Assembly: GCA_965203445.1 (NCBI GenBank)
Contig: OZ241883.1
Span: forward strand, 96,001-160,000
Direction of reading: 5' to 3'
Length of the DNA stretch: 64,000 nt
Source: Candidatus Oxydemutator sp.
GTDB lineage: Bacteria > Pseudomonadota > Gammaproteobacteria > Poriferisulfidales > Oxydemutatoraceae
The translations under genes were made by a program, and so were the position numbers. A model generated the notes under the pieces. It was not told where the DNA came from. It was given only the letters and a program-made list of their open reading frames with translations, and ran no database searches. This document shows, one piece after another, positions 50,760 through 60,891 of this stretch (positions are counted from its first letter, which is position 1; each line of letters opens with the position of its first letter).

Positions 50760-52634
50760 ATGCCAAACCGTTACCCGCTTTGGAAATACCTGTTGATCGT
50801 CGCGGTGCTGGGCGGCGGCGCGATCTACGCGCTGCCGAACGTCTATCCGGAGGAACCGGCGGTGCAGGTGTCACATTCCAGCGGCCAGGTCGGGCGCGAA
50901 GCCGTAACGCGCATCCGCAAACTCATCGGCGACGGCCGCGTCAAGGCCAAGGCGATGGAGCGCACCGCCACCGGCCAACTGCTGATTCGCTTCGACCGCC
51001 CCGAGGATCAACTCACCGCCGCCGAGCGCATCAAGGAGGCGCTGGGCAACCGTTACATCACCGCGCTGAACCTGGCACCGGCGACGCCGCGCTGGCTGCG
51101 CAATCTGAATGCGACGCCTATGAACCTCGGCCTCGACCTGCAGGGCGGCGTGTATTTTCTGCTCGAGGTGGACAACGACGCGGCTCTGCGCAAGGCGATG
51201 CAGCGCTACCGCGACGACGTGCGCGCGCTGCTGCGCGAGGAACGCATCCGCTACCAAGGCGTGACCGAGCAGGCCGGCAAACTGTCGCTGTCGGTGCCGT
51301 TCGCCGATCCGAACCAGCGCGACCAAGCGCTCGACCTGATACAAAGGCAAATGGTGTCGGCCCTGGACGTCGAGGAGCGGGAGCGCGACGGACAGTACAT
51401 CCTCGATTTGACGCTCGCGCGCGACGAGATCCGCGCGGTGCAGGATTTCGCGGTGCAACAGAACGTGCTGACGCTCAGAAAGCGCGTCAACGAGCTCGGC
51501 GTGGCCGAACCGGTGATCACGCGCCAGGGCAAAAACCGCATCGCGGTGCAACTGCCCGGGGTGCAGGACACGGCCAAGGCCAAGGAGATATTAGGCGCGA
51601 CCGCGACCCTCGAGTTTCGCATGGTCGCCGAACAACACGATCCGGCGCGCGCCGCCGCCACCGGGCGCGCACCGCCCGGCGCGCGGCTGTTCCGCCAGCG
51701 CGACGGCGAGCCGGTGCTGCTGAAGAGACAGGTGATGATCACCGGCGAATACATCATAGACGCCGCCTCCGGCCTCGACGGCGAGACCGGACAACCGGCG
51801 GTGCACATCACGCTCGACGGCAAAGGCGCGAGCCTGTTCAGCCGCATCACCGGCGAGAACGTCAAACGCCTGATGGCGGTCGTGTTCATCGAAAACAAGA
51901 GCGAGACCTACCGCGACGACGACGGCCGGCTGCAACGGCGCACCAGAACCATCCAGGAAGTCATCAGCGTCGCGCGCATTCAGGAGCAGCTCGGCAAGCG
52001 CTTCCAGATCACCGGCCTCGACTCGCCGCAGGAAGCGCGCAAACTGGCGCTGCTGCTGCGCGCCGGAGCGCTGGCCGCGCCGATAGAGATCGTCGAGGAG
52101 CGCACCGTCGGCCCCAGCCTCGGCCAGGAAAACATAGACAAAGGCAGGCGCTCGATCATCCTGGGTTTTCTGCTGGTCATCGTGTTCATGGCCATCTATT
52201 ACCGCCTGTTCGGCCTGATCGCCGACCTGGCGCTGGCCGCGAACCTGGTGCTGATCATCGCGGTGATGTCGCTGATCCCGGGGGCGACGCTGACGCTGCC
52301 CGGCATCGTCGGCATCGTGCTGACCGTCGGCATGGCGGTGGACGCCAACGTCCTGATATTCGAGCGCATCCGCGAGGAACTGGCCGCCGGCGGCAGCTTG
52401 CAGGCGAGCATAGACAACGGCTACCGCCAGGCGTTGTCGACCATCGCCGACGCCAACGTGACGACGCTGATCGCGGCGCTGGTACTGTTCGTGTTCGGCA
52501 CCGGCCCGATCAAGGGCTTCTCGGTGACCCTGTCCATCGGCATCGTGTGCTCGATGTTCACCGCGATCATGGGCACGCGCGCCGTCGTCAATCTGATCTA
52601 CGGCGGGCGCAAGACCAAGACGCTGGCGATATAG
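50760..52634 (+). CDS. secD: Protein translocase subunit SecD
   Basis: NRYPLWKY, LGLDLQGG, RVNELGVAEP, GPSLG, GMAVDANVLIFERIREE. Confidence 0.98.
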   Translation: MPNRYPLWKYLLIVAVLGGGAIYALPNVYPEEPAVQVSHSSGQVGREAVTRIRKLIGDGRVKAKAMERTATGQLLIRFDRPEDQLTAAERIKEALGNRYITALNLAPATPRWLRNLNATPMNLGLDLQGGVYFLLEVDNDAALRKAMQRYRDDVRALLREERIRYQGVTEQAGKLSLSVPFADPNQRDQALDLIQRQMVSALDVEERERDGQYILDLTLARDEIRAVQDFAVQQNVLTLRKRVNELGVAEPVITRQGKNRIAVQLPGVQDTAKAKEILGATATLEFRMVAEQHDPARAAATGRAPPGARLFRQRDGEPVLLKRQVMITGEYIIDAASGLDGETGQPAVHITLDGKGASLFSRITGENVKRLMAVVFIENKSETYRDDDGRLQRRTRTIQEVISVARIQEQLGKRFQITGLDSPQEARKLALLLRAGALAAPIEIVEERTVGPSLGQENIDKGRRSIILGFLLVIVFMAIYYRLFGLIADLALAANLVLIIAVMSLIPGATLTLPGIVGIVLTVGMAVDANVLIFERIREELAAGGSLQASIDNGYRQALSTIADANVTTLIAALVLFVFGTGPIKGFSVTLSIGIVCSMFTAIMGTRAVVNLIYGGRKTKTLAI

Positions 52635-52638
52635 CGCG

Positions 52639-53565
52639 ATGCGCATCCTGGGCAAGACCAGCTTCGAGTTCATGCGCTACCGCCGCGCCGCGCTGGCCGC
52701 GTCGGCGCTGCTGATCGTGGTCTCGGGCGCGTCGCTGGCGCTGCGCGGGCTTTCGTTCGGCGTGGACTTCACCGGCGGCACCATCATCGAGGTCGGCTAC
52801 CCCGAGGCGGTGGAACTGGAACCGCTGCGCGAGCGGCTGGCGCAGGCCGGCTTCGGCGACGCCCAGATACAGCACTTCGGCGCCGCCAGGGACGTGCTGA
52901 TCCGGGTGGCGCCGGACGAGAGCGTAGCGCAGTCCGAGCTGAGCAACCGCATCATAGGCGCGTTGCGCGCCCACGATACGGTCACGTTGCGCCGCGTCGA
53001 GTTCGTCGGCCCGCAGGTCGGCGAGGAACTGCGCGAGAGCGGCGGCTTCGCGATGCTCTACGCGCTGCTCGGCATCCTGATCTACGTCGCCTTTCGCTTC
53101 GAGCACCGTTTCGCCCTGGGTTCGATCATCGCGCTCGCGCACGACGTGCTGATAACCATCGGCTTCTTCTCGGTCACCGGCATCGAGTTCGATCTGGCGG
53201 TGCTGGCGGCGATACTCGCGGTCATCGGCTACTCGCTGAACGACACCATCGTCGTCTTCGACCGCATCCGCGAGAACTTCCTGAAGATGAAGAGCGAGGC
53301 CGTCGTCACCATCAACAAGTCCATCAACCATACGCTGGCGCGCACCTTGATGACGTCGCTGACGACGATGTTGGTGCTGCTCGCGTTGCTGGCGTTCGGC
53401 GGCGAGGTCATCCGCGGCTTCACCGTGGCCCTGATGGTCGGCGTCGTCGTCGGCACCTATTCCTCGATCTACGTCGCCAGCGCCTCGGTGCTGGCGTTCG
53501 GCGTCAAGCGCGAGCACGTGGTGCCGGCGAAGAAGGAAGGCGCCAACCTGGGCGGCCCGCTGTGA
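52639..53565 (+). CDS. secF: Protein translocase subunit SecF
   Basis: GVDFTGG, VGPQVG, HDV, GYSLNDTIVVFDRIREN, GTYSSIYVA. Confidence 0.98.
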   Translation: MRILGKTSFEFMRYRRAALAASALLIVVSGASLALRGLSFGVDFTGGTIIEVGYPEAVELEPLRERLAQAGFGDAQIQHFGAARDVLIRVAPDESVAQSELSNRIIGALRAHDTVTLRRVEFVGPQVGEELRESGGFAMLYALLGILIYVAFRFEHRFALGSIIALAHDVLITIGFFSVTGIEFDLAVLAAILAVIGYSLNDTIVVFDRIRENFLKMKSEAVVTINKSINHTLARTLMTSLTTMLVLLALLAFGGEVIRGFTVALMVGVVVGTYSSIYVASASVLAFGVKREHVVPAKKEGANLGGPL

Positions 53566-53996
53566 CCGCGACGTCGGCGGCGGACGACGTGGCCTACACC
53601 AGCGGCGTCGCGGCCTTCGAGTCCAAGCAGTTCGCGCGCGCGATGCAGCTGCTGTCGCCGCTGGCCGAGGGCGGCAACGTCGAGGCGATGTACCGTTGCG
53701 CGATCATGCACCAGAACGGCCTCGGCGTGATCGTCAACCGCGAAACCGCGGCGCGCATGATGCGCGCCGCCGCCGAACAAGGCCACGCGCTGGCGCAACA
53801 CGGATTGGGCTTTATGTACATGGAGGGGGACTGCGTTGAGCAAGACGGCGCGCGGGCCGTGCACTGGTTCACAAAGGCCGCCGAACAGGGCCTGGCCGGT
53901 TCACGGACGACGCTGGCGATGATCTACGAGGAAGGCACCCTGGTGGAAGCCGACCCCGAAAAGGCCAGGCACTGGATGAAAAAAGCCGGCTTTTGA
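53562..53996 (+). CDS. Sel1-like repeat protein
   Basis: AAEQGHALAQHGLGFMY, WFTKAAEQG; about three SLR repeats. Confidence 0.9.
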   Translation: MTATSAADDVAYTSGVAAFESKQFARAMQLLSPLAEGGNVEAMYRCAIMHQNGLGVIVNRETAARMMRAAAEQGHALAQHGLGFMYMEGDCVEQDGARAVHWFTKAAEQGLAGSRTTLAMIYEEGTLVEADPEKARHWMKKAGF

Positions 53997-54047
53997 CGGC
54001 GCCTCGGGCCGGGCGCGCGACGACGGGCGGCGCGACGCTGCCAGCCG

Positions 54048-54518
54048 CTACAAACGCGTCGGGTTCGGGCGCCCCTTGTAGACCACTTCCGGATCGAAGA
54101 CCTTGGCGTCGTGCGTGAAACGCAGGCGCCCCGCGGCCGCGATCGGGACTTCGCGGTAGAAACACGAACGGTAGCCGACGTGGCAGCTGGCGCCACCCTC
54201 GACCTCGACGCGCAACCACACTGCGTCCTGGTCGTCGTCTATCAGAATCCGACGGACTCTTTGCACCAGACCGCTGGTCTCGCCCTTGCGCCACAGGCAG
54301 TTGCGGCTGCGGCTCCAGTAGTGCGCCTCGCCGGTTTTCATCGTGCGCGCCAGCGCCTCGCGGTTCATGTAGCCGTGCATCAGCACCTCGCCGTCGGCGT
54401 CGTCGGTGACTATCACCGGCAACAAACCGTCGGCGTCAAATTTCGGGGCGAGAACGTCGCCCTCCTCGACCTGCTCGACGCTCACGCGCGCGCCAAATGG
54501 AAAATCACTGCTGCTCAT
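54048..54518 (-). CDS. hisI: Phosphoribosyl-AMP cyclohydrolase
   Basis: [30 protein letters not shown]. Confidence 0.95.
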   Translation of the reverse strand: MSSSDFPFGARVSVEQVEEGDVLAPKFDADGLLPVIVTDDADGEVLMHGYMNREALARTMKTGEAHYWSRSRNCLWRKGETSGLVQRVRRILIDDDQDAVWLRVEVEGGASCHVGYRSCFYREVPIAAAGRLRFTHDAKVFDPEVVYKGRPNPTRL

Positions 54519-54813
54519 CACCGCTCTCACTACCGCTCATTGCCGCCCGCGGGGCGTGCTTCATTGTAGCACGCGGCGCCCGCGGCGGCGGCACCGGATC
54601 ATAGCCGCCGGGCGAGAACGGATGACAGCGCAGCAGCCGGCGCAGCGCAAACCAGCCGCCCTTGCAGGCGCCGTGCACGGACAGCGCCTGCAAGGCATAG
54701 TCGGAGCAGGTCGGATGGAAGCGGCAGCACGGGCCGAACAACGGGCTCAGCAACAGACGGTAGCCCTTGATCATCGCGCCCAGCACGCGCGCGGGCAGGC
54801 GCGCCGCGTTCAC
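54505..54813 (-). CDS. yidD: Membrane protein insertion efficiency factor
   Basis: [35 protein letters not shown]; GTG start overlaps the cysS stop. Confidence 0.92.
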   Translation of the reverse strand: MNAARLPARVLGAMIKGYRLLLSPLFGPCCRFHPTCSDYALQALSVHGACKGGWFALRRLLRCHPFSPGGYDPVPPPRAPRATMKHAPRAAMSGSESGDEQQ

Positions 54814-56192
54814 TGCCTGAGCCAGCGCGTGCCGTTGGCGCGATCCTCGAGCACGACGCCGGCTTCGAGCAAGTCGCGGCGTATGCGGTCGGCCTCGGCG
54901 TAGTCGCGGGCGGCGCGCGCGCGGTCGCGCGCGGCGATCAGCACCTCGACCTGGGCCGCCGGCAGGGCCGCGGCCGCGGGCGGCTGCCAGTGCAACCACT
55001 CCCGCGGCTCGCTTTCGAGCAGGCCCATCATCGCCGCCGACGCGCGCAACGACGCCAAGTATCGCGCTCGCCCCGGCGCGGCCGCCGCCGACGCCTTGTG
55101 CGCGATCTCGTGCAGGCGCGCGCTCGCAAGCGGCGTGTTCAGGTCGTCACACAAGGCCTCGACGACGCCCGCGTCCGGGGTTGCGTCCGCCGCTTGCGCG
55201 CGCTGCGGCGCCTCGAGCAGCAGGCGGTACCATCTTTCGAGCGTGCGGCGCGCGCGTTCGAGCAAATCGGACGACCAATCGAGCGGCTTCTTATAATGCG
55301 CGCTCAGCAACGCGAAACGCACGCACTCGCCGTGAAACTTTTGCAGCACGTCGCGCAACGTGCGGAAATTGCCGAGCGACTTCGACATCTTCTCGCCCTC
55401 GACCGTGATGTAGCCGTTGTGCACCCAGTAGCGCGCGAGGGGCTTGCCGCCATGGGCGCACGTGCTCTGCGCGATCTCGTTCTCGTGGTGCGGAAACACC
55501 AGATCGCAGCCACCGCCGTGTATGTCTATCGTCTCGCCCAGATGGGCCGCGGCCATCACCGAGCACTCCAGGTGCCAGCCCGGACGTCCGCGCCCCCACG
55601 GGCTGTCCCAACCGACGTCGCGCGCGCCCGCGGCCGGCTTCCACAGCACGAAATCGGAAGGGTGCTTTTTGTACGACTCGACCGTAACGCGCGCACCATG
55701 CAGCTGCCCGTCCACGGTGCGACGCGACAGGCGCCCGTAGTCGGGCATCGCCGGCACGTGAAACAACACGTGGCCGGCGGCGGCGTAGGCGTGGCCGCTC
55801 TCGAGCAGACGCTCGATCATCGCGATCATCGGCCCGACGTGCTCGGTGGCGCGCGGCTCGACGTCGGGAGGCAGCACTCCGAGAGGCACGACGTCCTCAT
55901 AGAAGGCGGCGGTGTAGCGGCGCGTCAGCTCGCCCATCGGGACGCCCTCGGCGCGCGCCGCGGCGATGATCTTGTCGTCCACGTCGGTGACGTTGCGCAC
56001 ATAGACGACCTCGCGGTAGCGCCCGCGCAACAGACGGTAGAGCACGTCGAACACGACTATCGGACGGGCGTTGCCGACGTGAACGTAGTGATAGACGGTC
56101 GGCCCGCACACGTACATCGTGACGCGGTCGTCGCGCAGGGGCGTGAACTCCTCCTTGTCGCCGCTCAGCGTGTTCGACAGGAGGATTTTCAT
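54810..56192 (-). CDS. cysS: Cysteine--tRNA ligase
   Basis: [40 protein letters not shown]. Confidence 0.98.
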   Translation of the reverse strand: MKILLSNTLSGDKEEFTPLRDDRVTMYVCGPTVYHYVHVGNARPIVVFDVLYRLLRGRYREVVYVRNVTDVDDKIIAAARAEGVPMGELTRRYTAAFYEDVVPLGVLPPDVEPRATEHVGPMIAMIERLLESGHAYAAAGHVLFHVPAMPDYGRLSRRTVDGQLHGARVTVESYKKHPSDFVLWKPAAGARDVGWDSPWGRGRPGWHLECSVMAAAHLGETIDIHGGGCDLVFPHHENEIAQSTCAHGGKPLARYWVHNGYITVEGEKMSKSLGNFRTLRDVLQKFHGECVRFALLSAHYKKPLDWSSDLLERARRTLERWYRLLLEAPQRAQAADATPDAGVVEALCDDLNTPLASARLHEIAHKASAAAAPGRARYLASLRASAAMMGLLESEPREWLHWQPPAAAALPAAQVEVLIAARDRARAARDYAEADRIRRDLLEAGVVLEDRANGTRWLRQ

Positions 56193-58513
56193 TCCACCGG
56201 CGCGCGATCCTTCTCGCTGGTCTCGACCTGGGTCATGCCGGACGGCGCGACGGGCAGGCGCTCGTCCCGGGCCGGCGCCTTGGCGAGCGCGCTCTCGGGC
56301 ACGTCCGACCAGTCGGACGTCGCGGAAGACCGTTGCCGAGACCGCTCCGGTGACGGCGCGGCGGCGGGCGCGTCTTGCGCCGCGCCCGGCGGCGGCGCGG
56401 GCGGCGCCTGCTCCGCGGCCGCACGCGGCTCCTCGGCAACCGGCGCAGGTGCGGATTGCTCCCGGTTTTCGACGCGCACGGCGGCGGAGCTCCCGTCACG
56501 CTGATGCGACTTGTCCTCGCGCCGCCGCCCGCGTTCAGCCGGCACCCGGCGCCCGCCACGCTGCGGCCGTTGCCTGGTGCGCTGACCGCGCTCATCGCTA
56601 CGGCGATTGTCGGCCGCTTCGTCGCGCTGACCGCGCTGTTCGTCGTGCGCGCCACGCTGTTCGCCGCGTTGGCCGCGCTGTTCATCGCGCCCGCCGCGCT
56701 GTTCGCCGCGGCGGGCGCGCTCATCGTCACGACGGCCTCTGTGGCCGCCGCGTCGTCCACGCGCCGCCTCGCCGGAGCGCCGACGCCGCCCGCGCCTCGA
56801 CGAGGCGTCCCGCGCACCGCCTTTCGCCGCCTCGTCATCGCGTCGCGCGTCCGCCTTCGGTTCGGACTTCTTCTTGAACAGACGCGACAACGACGACAAA
56901 AAGCCGATGGCGAACGGCTTTTCGTCCGCCACCTTGGCCGAGACCGCGGCCTCCTCGGGCAACTCCCGGCGGTGCGGACGCGGCATCTTATGCAGCGACT
57001 TCGGTTCCCTCGCGGCCACCAGTTCGTAGCTGCTCTTGTCCTTGTTCGTCGGGTCGCCCTCGCGGTAGCAGTTCACCCGGTAGTGCGGCGTCTCCATCTG
57101 GATGTCCGCGACGATGATCAACTTCACACCGTGGCGGTTCTCGATTTCGTTGATCGCGGCGCGCTTTTCGTTCAACAGAAAACTATCGATCTCGACCGGC
57201 ACCTGCGCGACGACGCAGCGCACCTTTTGTTTCAGTGCCTCCTCTTCCATCAGGCGCAACACCGCGAGCGCGCTCGACTCGACCGTGCGGATGTGGCCGT
57301 GGCCGTTGCAACGCGGGCACGTCTGCCGGCTCGAATCGTCGAGCGACGGGCGCAGGCGCTGGCGCGACATCTCGAGCAGGCCGAAGCGCGAGATGCCGCC
57401 CAGGCGAATGCGCGCGCGATCCTCCTTCAGCGCCTCGCCCAGCCGGTTCTCGACGCGCCGCTGGTTGGCCGGCGGCGTCATGTCTATGAAGTCGATCACG
57501 ATCAGGCCGCCCAGGTCGCGCAGACGCAGCTGGCGCGCGATCTCGTCTATCGCCTCCAGGTTGGTGTGCAGGGCGGTTTCCTCGATGTTGCGGCGCCGCG
57601 TCGCGCGCGCCGAATTGATGTCTATCGTCGTCAGCGCCTCGGTGCGGTCAATGACGATGGCGCCGCCGGAGGACAGCGAGATCTCGCGCTCGAACACTTT
57701 CTCGATCTGGCTTTCGACCTGCATGCGGCTGAACAACGGCACCGCGTCCTGGTAATGCGTCAGCTTGCCCGCGTCGCGCGGCGCGGTCATCTTGAAGAAC
57801 TCCTTCGCCTCGTTGTACATCTCGAGATCGTCTATCAGGATCTCGCCGACGTCGGCGTGCGCGTAGTCGCGCAGCATCTGCATCACGATGTTGCCTTCCT
57901 GGTAGAGGAGAAACGGCGCCGGACGGTCGGCGGCGTCGCGGATCGTCCGCCACAAATCGCGCAGGTATTCGAGGTCGCCCTGCAACAGGCGCGCGTCGCG
58001 CCCCATGCCGGCGGTGCGCACGATGACGCCTTCGTCGTCGCGGCGGTCGAGTTGTTGCAGCGCGTCGCGCACCAGGTCGCGTTCCTCGCCCTCGATGCGC
58101 TGCGACACGCCGCGCGCGCGCGGATTGTTGGGCATCAGCACGAGATAGCGGCTGACGAGGCTCACGAACGTGGTCAGCAGCGCGCCTTTGTCGCCGCGCT
58201 CCTCGCGCGCAATCTGGACTATCAGTTCCTGGCCTTCGCGCACCAGATCGCGCACCGAACCGCCGCCGTTGTGTTTGCCGAGGCAGGCGAAGGAAATCTC
58301 CTTGAACGGCAGGAAGCCGTGACGCGCGGCGCCGTAGTTGACAAAGACCGCGTTGAGGCTGTGCGCAATGGAGGTGACGACGCCCTTATAGATACTGCCT
58401 TTTTTCCGCCTTAGTGCGGGCGTCTCTATATCCAGGTTGCAAAGCTTCTGGCCGTCGACGACGGCCACGCGCAACTCTTCCTGCTGAGTCGCGTTGACTA
58501 AAATTCTTTTCAT
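56189..58513 (-). CDS. rne: Ribonuclease E
   Basis: MKRILVNATQQEELRVA, HGFLP, IDINSARAT, LRDLGGLIVIDFIDM, CPRC; Arg-rich disordered C-terminus. Confidence 0.97.
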   Translation of the reverse strand: MKRILVNATQQEELRVAVVDGQKLCNLDIETPALRRKKGSIYKGVVTSIAHSLNAVFVNYGAARHGFLPFKEISFACLGKHNGGGSVRDLVREGQELIVQIAREERGDKGALLTTFVSLVSRYLVLMPNNPRARGVSQRIEGEERDLVRDALQQLDRRDDEGVIVRTAGMGRDARLLQGDLEYLRDLWRTIRDAADRPAPFLLYQEGNIVMQMLRDYAHADVGEILIDDLEMYNEAKEFFKMTAPRDAGKLTHYQDAVPLFSRMQVESQIEKVFEREISLSSGGAIVIDRTEALTTIDINSARATRRRNIEETALHTNLEAIDEIARQLRLRDLGGLIVIDFIDMTPPANQRRVENRLGEALKEDRARIRLGGISRFGLLEMSRQRLRPSLDDSSRQTCPRCNGHGHIRTVESSALAVLRLMEEEALKQKVRCVVAQVPVEIDSFLLNEKRAAINEIENRHGVKLIIVADIQMETPHYRVNCYREGDPTNKDKSSYELVAAREPKSLHKMPRPHRRELPEEAAVSAKVADEKPFAIGFLSSLSRLFKKKSEPKADARRDDEAAKGGARDASSRRGRRRRSGEAARGRRGGHRGRRDDERARRGEQRGGRDEQRGQRGEQRGAHDEQRGQRDEAADNRRSDERGQRTRQRPQRGGRRVPAERGRRREDKSHQRDGSSAAVRVENREQSAPAPVAEEPRAAAEQAPPAPPPGAAQDAPAAAPSPERSRQRSSATSDWSDVPESALAKAPARDERLPVAPSGMTQVETSEKDRAPVE

Positions 58514-58846
58514 TGATTTTTTGTATTCTCATATTGAACCGAACAAACGCCGGGCCGCGCGCGTCGTGACTGGCCGCCGCGGGGCGATGCGACGTAATGA
58601 AAGCGGTACGTGGGGAAAAGCCCGTGGCGCTGATTATCCGGTTGGTCATTATTCTGCTCACTGCGAGGCCCCTAATACGACGCCGGGCGACGCCGACGCA
58701 CAATCCGCGGCGGGTCGACGAGCTGCCGGCGGTGTCGCGCGCGATCTTCCTGCCGGTCATTGTTCCAGTTCGGCGTCCGGAGCATACTATCGCCTTTCGA
58801 ACCGCCGGACACCCAGGTATCCGGCGGGTTTTCTCATTGTAGCACA
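58514..58846 (-). promoter_or_regulatory. Long rne 5' leader and promoter
   Basis: TGCTACAAT extended -10 on the minus strand at ~58837-58845, about 320 nt above the rne start; analogous to the long autoregulatory rne leader of enterobacteria. Confidence 0.5.
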
Positions 58847-58915
58847 GTATCAGGGGCAACATGCGATTGCGCGCCGCCCCGCGGCAACGCCGCCCCGTTC
58901 TGATACAGTGGCGCC

Positions 58916-59857
58916 ATGCACACCGGCAAAACGACGCGAACGCACGCCGACGAGCGCGTCGTGCGCCACCTCGAGATCGGCGAGAGAAACAGCGGCCAGC
59001 GGCTCGACAACTTCCTGCTGGGGTTGTTCCGGCACGTCCCGAAGAGCCGTCTCTACCGCACGATCCGCAGCGGCGAGGTGCGCGTCAACAGCCGCCGCGC
59101 GAAACCGTACCAACGCCTCGGCGCCGGCGACCGCGTGCGCCTGCCGCCGCTGGAAACCAGGGCGCGGCGCGCGCCGCGCGTCGGCGACGACGCCGTGGCC
59201 GCGGCCGAGCGGCTGGTGCTGCACGAGGACCTCGACCTGATCGTCGTCGACAAACCGGCGAACACGGCGACGCACGCCGGCAGCGGCCATAGCTACGGCA
59301 TGATAGACGTGCTGCGCCGGATGCGCCCCGACGACGACGTGCAACTCGCCCACCGCCTCGACAAGGGCACCAGCGGCTGCCTCGCGTTCGCCAAATCGCG
59401 CGACGCGCTGCTGGCGCTGCACCGCGCCTTCCGCGCGGGGCAGGTGGAAAAGGAATACCGGGCGCTGGTCGTCGGACGCTGGCACGCTCCCGCGGAAGTA
59501 TCGCAACCGCTGGCGCGCGGCGCGCGCGGACAACGAACCGACGAAGACGGCAAACCCGCCGTCAGCCACTTCCGGGTGCTGCGTCGCTACGGGCGCCACA
59601 CACTGATGGCGGTGCGCCTGGCGACCGGGCGCACCCACCAGATTCGCGTGCACGCCGCGCGTTGCGGCCATCCGGTCGCCGGCGACCGGCGCTACGGCGA
59701 TTTCGCGGCCAACCGGGCGCTCGCAAAACGCGGGCTGAAACGCACGTTCCTCCACGCCCGCCGGCTGTCGTTCGAGTGGAACGGGCAAAGACTCGAATGT
59801 GAGGCGCCGCTGCCGAAAGAACTGCGGCACTTGCTGGAGCACCTCGAGCGGGAGTAA
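58916..59857 (+). CDS. rluC: 23S rRNA pseudouridine synthase C
   Basis: GQRLDNFL, VPKSRLYR, HRLDKGTSG, TGRTHQIRVH; divergent from rne. Confidence 0.95.
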   Translation: MHTGKTTRTHADERVVRHLEIGERNSGQRLDNFLLGLFRHVPKSRLYRTIRSGEVRVNSRRAKPYQRLGAGDRVRLPPLETRARRAPRVGDDAVAAAERLVLHEDLDLIVVDKPANTATHAGSGHSYGMIDVLRRMRPDDDVQLAHRLDKGTSGCLAFAKSRDALLALHRAFRAGQVEKEYRALVVGRWHAPAEVSQPLARGARGQRTDEDGKPAVSHFRVLRRYGRHTLMAVRLATGRTHQIRVHAARCGHPVAGDRRYGDFAANRALAKRGLKRTFLHARRLSFEWNGQRLECEAPLPKELRHLLEHLERE

Positions 59858-59887
59858 ACTGCACCGACGCAACGAGGAACACCGCGA

Positions 59888-60847
59888 ATGAACGACAAAG
59901 ACAACGCCGGCGACCGCTGGGAACGCGACGCGCTGCGCCAACTGGCGCGGGCGGCGCTGGACGAGCAGCGCCGCGCCAGGCGCTGGAAAATTTTTCTGCG
60001 GCTGCTGACGCTGGCGCTGATCGCCGCGCTGGTGGTGATCGCCGTCACCGACCAACCACGGCTGCCCGCGATCGCCGACGACGGCGCCGCCGAACACGTC
60101 GCACTGGTCAAGCTCGAAGGCGTGATCTTCGAGGACACGCCGGCGTCCGCCGACAGCATCACCGAGACGCTGGAGGCCGCGTTTGAAAACGAGCACTCGA
60201 GAGCCATCGTGCTGCGCGTCAACAGCGTCGGCGGCAGCCCGGTGCAGTCGGCGCAAATCAACGACGCGATCCGACGTCTGCGCAAGCAGTATCCGGACAA
60301 GCCGGTATACGCGGTGATCACCGACGTCTGCGCGTCGGGCGCCTACTACGCGGCGGTCGCGGCCGACGCGATCTACGCCGACGCCTCGAGCCTGGTCGGG
60401 TCCATCGGCGTCATCGCCAGCGGCTTCGGCTTCGTCGAGGCCATCGCAGAACTCGGTATCGAGCGCCGCGTGTTGAAGGCCGGGCGCCTGAAGGACATGC
60501 TCGACCCGTTTCTGCCGCAGGACGAAGAGGCGCGCGCCCACCTGCAAGCGGCGCTGGACGAGGTGCACCGGCACTTTATCGAGCGCGTGCGCGCGGGCCG
60601 CGGCGACCGCCTGAGCGACGACCCCGACCTGTTCTCAGGCCTGGTGTGGAGCGGCGAGCGAGCGCTCAAACTGGGGCTGACCGACGGCCTAGGCGACGTC
60701 AGCTACGTCGCGCGCGAGATCGTCGGCATCGAGGAAATCGTCGCCTACGAACCGCCGGAGACGCTGCTCATCACCTTCACCCGCGAGTTCGGCGCGCGCG
60801 TCGCACACGTGCTGCTACACCATCTGGCGCCGCCGACGTTGCGCTGA
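59888..60847 (+). CDS. sppA: S49 family signal peptide peptidase
   Basis: RVNSVGGS, CASGAYY, VGSIGV, FSGLVWSG; N-terminal TM. Confidence 0.9.
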   Translation: MNDKDNAGDRWERDALRQLARAALDEQRRARRWKIFLRLLTLALIAALVVIAVTDQPRLPAIADDGAAEHVALVKLEGVIFEDTPASADSITETLEAAFENEHSRAIVLRVNSVGGSPVQSAQINDAIRRLRKQYPDKPVYAVITDVCASGAYYAAVAADAIYADASSLVGSIGVIASGFGFVEAIAELGIERRVLKAGRLKDMLDPFLPQDEEARAHLQAALDEVHRHFIERVRAGRGDRLSDDPDLFSGLVWSGERALKLGLTDGLGDVSYVAREIVGIEEIVAYEPPETLLITFTREFGARVAHVLLHHLAPPTLR

Positions 60848-60891
60848 CGACGACGCCGCGACCAGAACCCACGGTTTCGACGGTTGCTTCT

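Noticed and set aside
56580-56730. EQRG-type tandem repeats in rne
   Set aside because: Ordinary low-complexity Arg-rich RNase E scaffold region
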